Origin: Eledone cirrhosa
Taxonomy: Eukaryota
DNA length: 64,000 bases
NCBI GenBank assembly: GCA_964016885.1
Contig: OZ024758.1
Location: forward strand, 8,742,001 to 8,806,000
Direction: 5' to 3'
Within the stretch, counting starts at the first letter, position 1. Each line of letters starts with the position of its first letter. The position numbers and the translations under genes were made by a program. Positions 59,011 through 64,000 of the stretch are shown one piece after another. Below the pieces are notes generated by a model that was not told the DNA's origin, searched no databases, and was given only the letters and a program-made list of their open reading frames with translations.

Positions 59011-59545
59011 TTGTATTGTGTAAACAAGTTCGGTGAAGGGCCGCCCACGTCAAGCTTTACAGTCTCTATTAGAGGCCCAAGTTGAATAGCTTGATGTTGT
59101 TTTTTTAACTCTATGCCACTTATTTTCATCTGGGTTGAATGGTCCTTCATCGGTTTCGACGATGAGTGTTCCAGTTGTTCGATCAACGGAATAGCCTGCT
59201 AATAAAATTAACGTGCAAGTGGCTGAACATTTCACAGACACGTATATCTTTAACATAATTCTCAGGGTGACATATTAAGGGATAAGACTGGCCCTATTTC
59301 TGGACTGAGTCGGGGTCATACTTTTTCCTATTACCCACTCTACTACCCTAAGTATTGAGTACTCTGGTGCGTTATGGTCCATCTGGTTCCTTACCACAAC
59401 TCCTTCGTTATATATATATATGTATATATATTATTCAAAATGTTAACAAATGAAAAATATTCTCATAATCAAAATATATACTTTATTATATATATTTCAA
59501 AGTTACTGTGTATATATATATAACTGTCTTTCAAATTACTTTCAG

Positions 59546-59613
59546 ATTACACAACTTAAGATTGATAATAATCCATTCGCAAAAGGTTTTCGAGACAATG
59601 GAATGGGCAGACG
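59546..59613 (+). CDS. TBX6: T-box transcription factor (Tbx6/16-like), exon ending the T-box ([22 protein letters not shown]); absent from the supplied ORF track
   Basis: Hand translation after acceptor tactttcag|ATT ACA CAA CTT AAG ATT GAT AAT AAT CCA TTC GCA AAA GGT TTT CGA. Donor CG|gtaagt (phase 2), so further exons must follow. Confidence 0.95.
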
Positions 59614-59837
59614 GTAAGTAAAACGCCATATTGAATTCACTTGAGACTAATACGAGGCTGGGTGCTTCTTTTATTGATACTAGGGAATGAAAGGCAAAAT
59701 GAACTGCAGAAGATAGGGAGTCGCCATAGCAAAAGTAATTACTGAAATATATATAATTTAGCGCTCTGTCGTTTCTGGTTCCATCGACATTAAATGTTCA
59801 AATTGCATAAGAACATACTGGATATGTATGTATGTAT

Positions 59838-60039
59838 TACGAGGGTCGGCTGTAAGCATCATAAGTTGACCAAGATACTCTCATGGAATGACCAAATGAA
59901 GTTTATTTTTCAACATAGTTCCTCGAAAGAAACAATGCAATTATTGATAAGAAGAGTTGGAATTAATGAATGCAAGATTTCACAGCTCTAGCATCACTCC
60001 TTCATGGTCAGCTTATAGATTTTTCAACCGACCCCCGTA
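59838..60039. mobile_element. Mariner-type MITE inserted in (TATG)n
   Basis: TIRs TAcgagggtcggctgtaag..ataagttgacca / tggtcagcttatagatttttcaaccgacccccgTA. Confidence 0.7.
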
Positions 60040-60173
60040 TGTATGTATGTATGTATCTTAAGATGAAGAAAGTTTCTAGCAGTTACATATTGCGGTCAAC
60101 TTTGCCTTTCATCCTATCGGAGGTCGATAAATAAAGTACCAGTCTAATACAAACTTCGATTTCTCTCTTTGTC

Positions 60174-60229
<56 letters not shown>

Positions 60230-60798
60230 CCACGTTATTCTGAGAAAAGTCGAGGGAGACTACTCAGTGGACCTTTCTCCAGAAATGGTGAAGGGTTGAA
60301 CGAGAGGTTAATAATCTCTTTTTGTAAGTGAACTGGAAAGACGAAATAAAGTATCTTGCTCAAGGACAGACTGTGACGTCGAGATCTAACTCATGACCTT
60401 ACAATCATTAGCCGAACACCCTAACCACTAAGCCACACGCTTTCACTGTGTATACAGATATATGTATAAAATATGTCTATAGAAGTATATGTGTGTGTGT
60501 GAAACAAATCTGGTTGTCAGGGTATGAACTTTTATGCTCACTAAACGGACCAGTTCTCGCTTGAATACAAAATAAATAGCTATAAGCTACTAATCTCTTC
60601 GTGGGCAGAAGACCGTATGTTCTTTCACTGATGATATTCAAGAAGACTAGAAACTATTTGGAGCAATCTCACTGTTTCTGTCCACGGAGAAATAATACAA
60701 AACAAAACGTAGTGGGATAACGACTTTGTTTACTTTTCACAGCCGGGTTAAAATTGTATGTATGTCTATCAAAAAAGGTGTATCTTACATTACACATT

Positions 60799-60882
<84 letters not shown>

Positions 60883-60943
60883 TATATGTATACATATATA
60901 GATATGTATATATATATATAGATATGTATATATATATATATAG

Positions 60944-60980
<37 letters not shown>

Positions 60981-61652
60981 CGTGTGTGTGTGTGTATACA
61001 TATATATTTATACAATATATGTATATACAATATATATATATATACACACACTTATATATAATAAAGATACGTGTAAAGCTACAAAGCAAGCAGTATAATG
61101 ATGCGTAGGTTTGACTTCATTTTAAAAGAAAATTCCTCTAAAAAAAATCTATCTCCGTGGTAAATCTTTAAACATTTCTCTAATTTCTTTTCTTGGTAGC
61201 AGAACTAGCGCCATAGTTTCACGCTATAAAGCTACCTTTTGAGAAACGGTGCAAAGTTTCTTGTGACATCTAACGCCATCTAGCGGCTTCTGTCAGACAT
61301 GTAGGTATCATGTTGCCATAGAGCGCAGGATTATTACTCAGATGAGTACGGCTATTTAATCTAAATCTTTGCAGTGATTGCAATCAAAGGAGAAAGTGTG
61401 GAAAGAAAGAGTGGTTTGGTGGTGGTGATGGTGGTGTGTGTGGGGGGGGGGGGACTGTTGCTACTGTTGTTGTTGTGGGTGGTGAGGGGGGGGGGGGGGG
61501 CTGTTGCTGTTGTGGTGATGGTTGAGGTCATGGCGATGGTAGTAGTGGTGGTGCTGGTGTTTGTGGTCACCACCACCATCGCCACCACCGCCACCATCGC
61601 CACCATATATGCTGTGATGTAATGAATGTTGGTGAAAAATATTATATACGGA

Positions 61653-62405
61653 TAGTGGTGGTGGTGGTGGTGGTGGTGGTGGTGGTAGTGATGTTGATGG
61701 TACGGTTAATGGTGATGGTGATGGTGGTGGTGGTGGTAATGTTGATCGTGATGATGATGGTGGTGGTGGTGGTGGTGGTGGTACGGTTAATGGTGATGGT
61801 GGTACGGTTAATGGTGGTGGTGGTGGTCGTGGTAATGTTGATGGTGATGATGATGGTGGTGGTAGTGGTGGTGATGGTGGTGGTGGTGGTGGTGGTGGTG
61901 GTGGTAATGTTGATGGTGGTGATGATGGTGGTGGTGGTGGTGATGGTGGTGGTAGTAATGTTGATGGTACGGTTAATGGTGATGGTGATGGTGGTGGTGA
62001 TGGTGGTGGTAGTAATGTTGATGGTGGTGATGATGGTGGTGGTGGTAGTGGTAGTGGTGGTGGTGGTGGTAGTAATGTTGATGGTGGTGATGATGGTGGT
62101 GGTGGTAGTGGTAGTGGTGGTGGTGGTGGTAGTAATGTTGATGGTGGTGATGATGGTGGTGGTGGTAGTGGTAGTGGTGGTGGTGGTGGTAGTAATGTTG
62201 ATGGTGGTGATGATGGTGGTGGTGGTAGTGGTAGTGGTGGTGGTGGTGGTAGTAATGTTGATGGTGGTGATGATGGTGGTGGTGGTAGTGATGGTGGTGG
62301 TAGTAATGTTGATGGTGGTGATGATGGTGGTGTTGGTAGTGGTAGTGGTGGTAGTAGTGGTGGTAGTGGTGGTAGTGATGGTAGTGGTGGTAGTAGTAGT
62401 AGTAA
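61653..62405. repeat. (GGT)n-derived tract with a 60-bp higher-order repeat (~62010-62290)
   Basis: agtaatgttgatggtggtgatgatggtggtggtggtagtggtagtggtggtggtggtggt recurs at 60-bp spacing. Confidence 0.9.
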
Positions 62406-62838
62406 TCAATGTAGTTGTGATGCCATATCTGTTTAGAAAATAATTGTTTACTCTCCATTGTATGTTTACGTATGTCTACTGGATAAGTGGGGGGGGGGGT
62501 CTTATGGGGCTGCCTTTATGTCATATCTATATCATGTGTATATATATATATAGATGTGTGTGTGTATATATATAGATATGTGTGTGTGTATATATATATA
62601 TATGTGTGTGTATATATATATGTGTGTGTATATATACATGTGTACATATATATATATGAATATATATGTATATATGAATATATATGTGTGTGTGTGTATA
62701 TATATATATATGTGTATGTATATATATGTGTATATATATATATACAAACATATATATATATATATATGAATATATATGTGTTTGTGTGTCTATGTATATA
62801 TATGTATATATATATGTGTATGTGTGTGTGTGTCTGTC

Positions 62839-62884
<46 letters not shown>

Positions 62885-63107
62885 TATATACATGTCTGTG
62901 CGTGTGTGGATATATGTATATATATATATATATGTGTGTGTATGTGTGTGTATGTGTGTATGTATGTGGGGGGGGGGGATATGTGTTCATGAGACAGAGA
63001 AAGACGGGGAGGGGGAGACGTTCATCATTTGAAATCCTTTGATTGAACTAATTGGCGATAAAACAGACGACACATACCGTTGATTAAAACATGGTGGGAA
63101 GAGGGGG

Positions 63108-63786
63108 GTGTAATGATAGAGGGGGGAGGGGTGACAGTAGTGGGGGGAGGAGAGGGTGAAGTAATGATAGTGGGGGAGACGGTGGTGACAGTAGTGGGGG
63201 GAGGAGGGGGTGTAATGATAGTGGGGGAGACGGTGGTGACAGTAGTGGGGGGAGGAGAGGGTGAAGTAATGATAGTGGGGGAGACGGTGGTGACAGTAGT
63301 GGGGGGAGGAGAGGGTGAAGTAATGATAGTGGGGGAGACGGTGGTGACAGTAGTGGGGGGAGGAGAGGGTGAAGTAATGATAGTAGGGGAGACGCTGGTG
63401 ACAGTAGTGGGGGAGGAGAGGGTGAAGTAATGATAGTGGGGGAGACGCTGGTGACAGTAGTGGGGGGAGGAGAGGGTGAAGTAATGATAGTGGGGGAGAC
63501 GGTGGTGACAGTAGTGGGGGGAGGAGAGGGTGAAGTAATGATAGTGGGGGAGACGGTGGTGACAGTAGTGGGGGAGGAGAGGGTGAAGTAATGATAGTGG
63601 GGGAGACGCTGGTGACAGTAGTGGGGGGAGGAGAGGGTGAAGTAATGATAGTGGGGGAGACGGTGGTGACAGTAGTGGGGGAGGAGAGGGTGAAGTAATG
63701 ATAGTGGGGGAGACGCTGGTGACAGTAGTGGGGGGAGGAGAGGGTGAAGTAATGATAGTGGGGGAGACGGTGGTGACAGTAGTGGT
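63108..63786. repeat. G-rich minisatellite, 54-bp unit x ~12.5
   Basis: ggtgaagtaatgatagtgggggagacg(g/c)tggtgacagtagtggggggaggagag. Confidence 0.95.
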
Positions 63787-64000
63787 GTCGGTTTAATCGA
63801 CCTTACATCTGCCCCCCACCCCCCACCCCACCCCCACCTAATATTATTGACCTTGTGCCCGAAACCATTATAATAGAAGAAGGGAGACTACTGGGAATAA
63901 TGCAGAACAATATTCTACATGTAATACACGTATGTTACAACAAAACAACACACATTGTACGCAGAATCACGTCTGTATATAAATATATCAACTAGACACA

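Noticed and set aside
58533-59186. 217-aa ORF with apparently complex sequence
   Set aside because: It reads through a SINE A2 copy and a microsatellite, antisense within the T-box intron.
63080-63430. Repetitive protein VMIVGETVVTVVGGGEGE as a downstream exon
   Set aside because: It is a translation of the 54-bp minisatellite; the frame breaks at a G-run indel and there is no good acceptor.

Overview
Eukaryotic, microsatellite-saturated, AT-rich genomic DNA. The repeat style (huge (TA)n/(TG)n/(TACA)n/(GGT)n tracts, many tRNA-derived SINEs) suggests a coleoid cephalopod such as Octopus; this is an inference. The only well-supported host gene is a + strand T-box transcription factor, most similar to the Tbx6/16 group. 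Five GT-AG coding exons with mutually consistent phases were read by hand (46015-46171, 50232-50421, 53878-54145, 57374-57520, 59546-59613); they contain the whole T-box. No further 3' exon was recognised, so the gene probably continues past the window. A candidate promoter/first exon lies at about 18.9-19.5 kb. The rest is SINEs of several families, R4/Dong-like and Penelope-like retroelement relics, MITEs and minisatellites. The most notable unannotated structure is a population of short non-coding elements abutting (TA)n/(TG)n tracts. They carry type-I hammerhead ribozyme cores (CTGANGA...GAAA plus a short, usually palindromic stem III) and often occur as fold-back (inverted) pairs, i.e. 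Penelope/retrozyme-like elements. One of them is attached to a GIY-YIG-type C-terminal remnant. Nearly all long ORFs in the supplied track are microsatellite artefacts.
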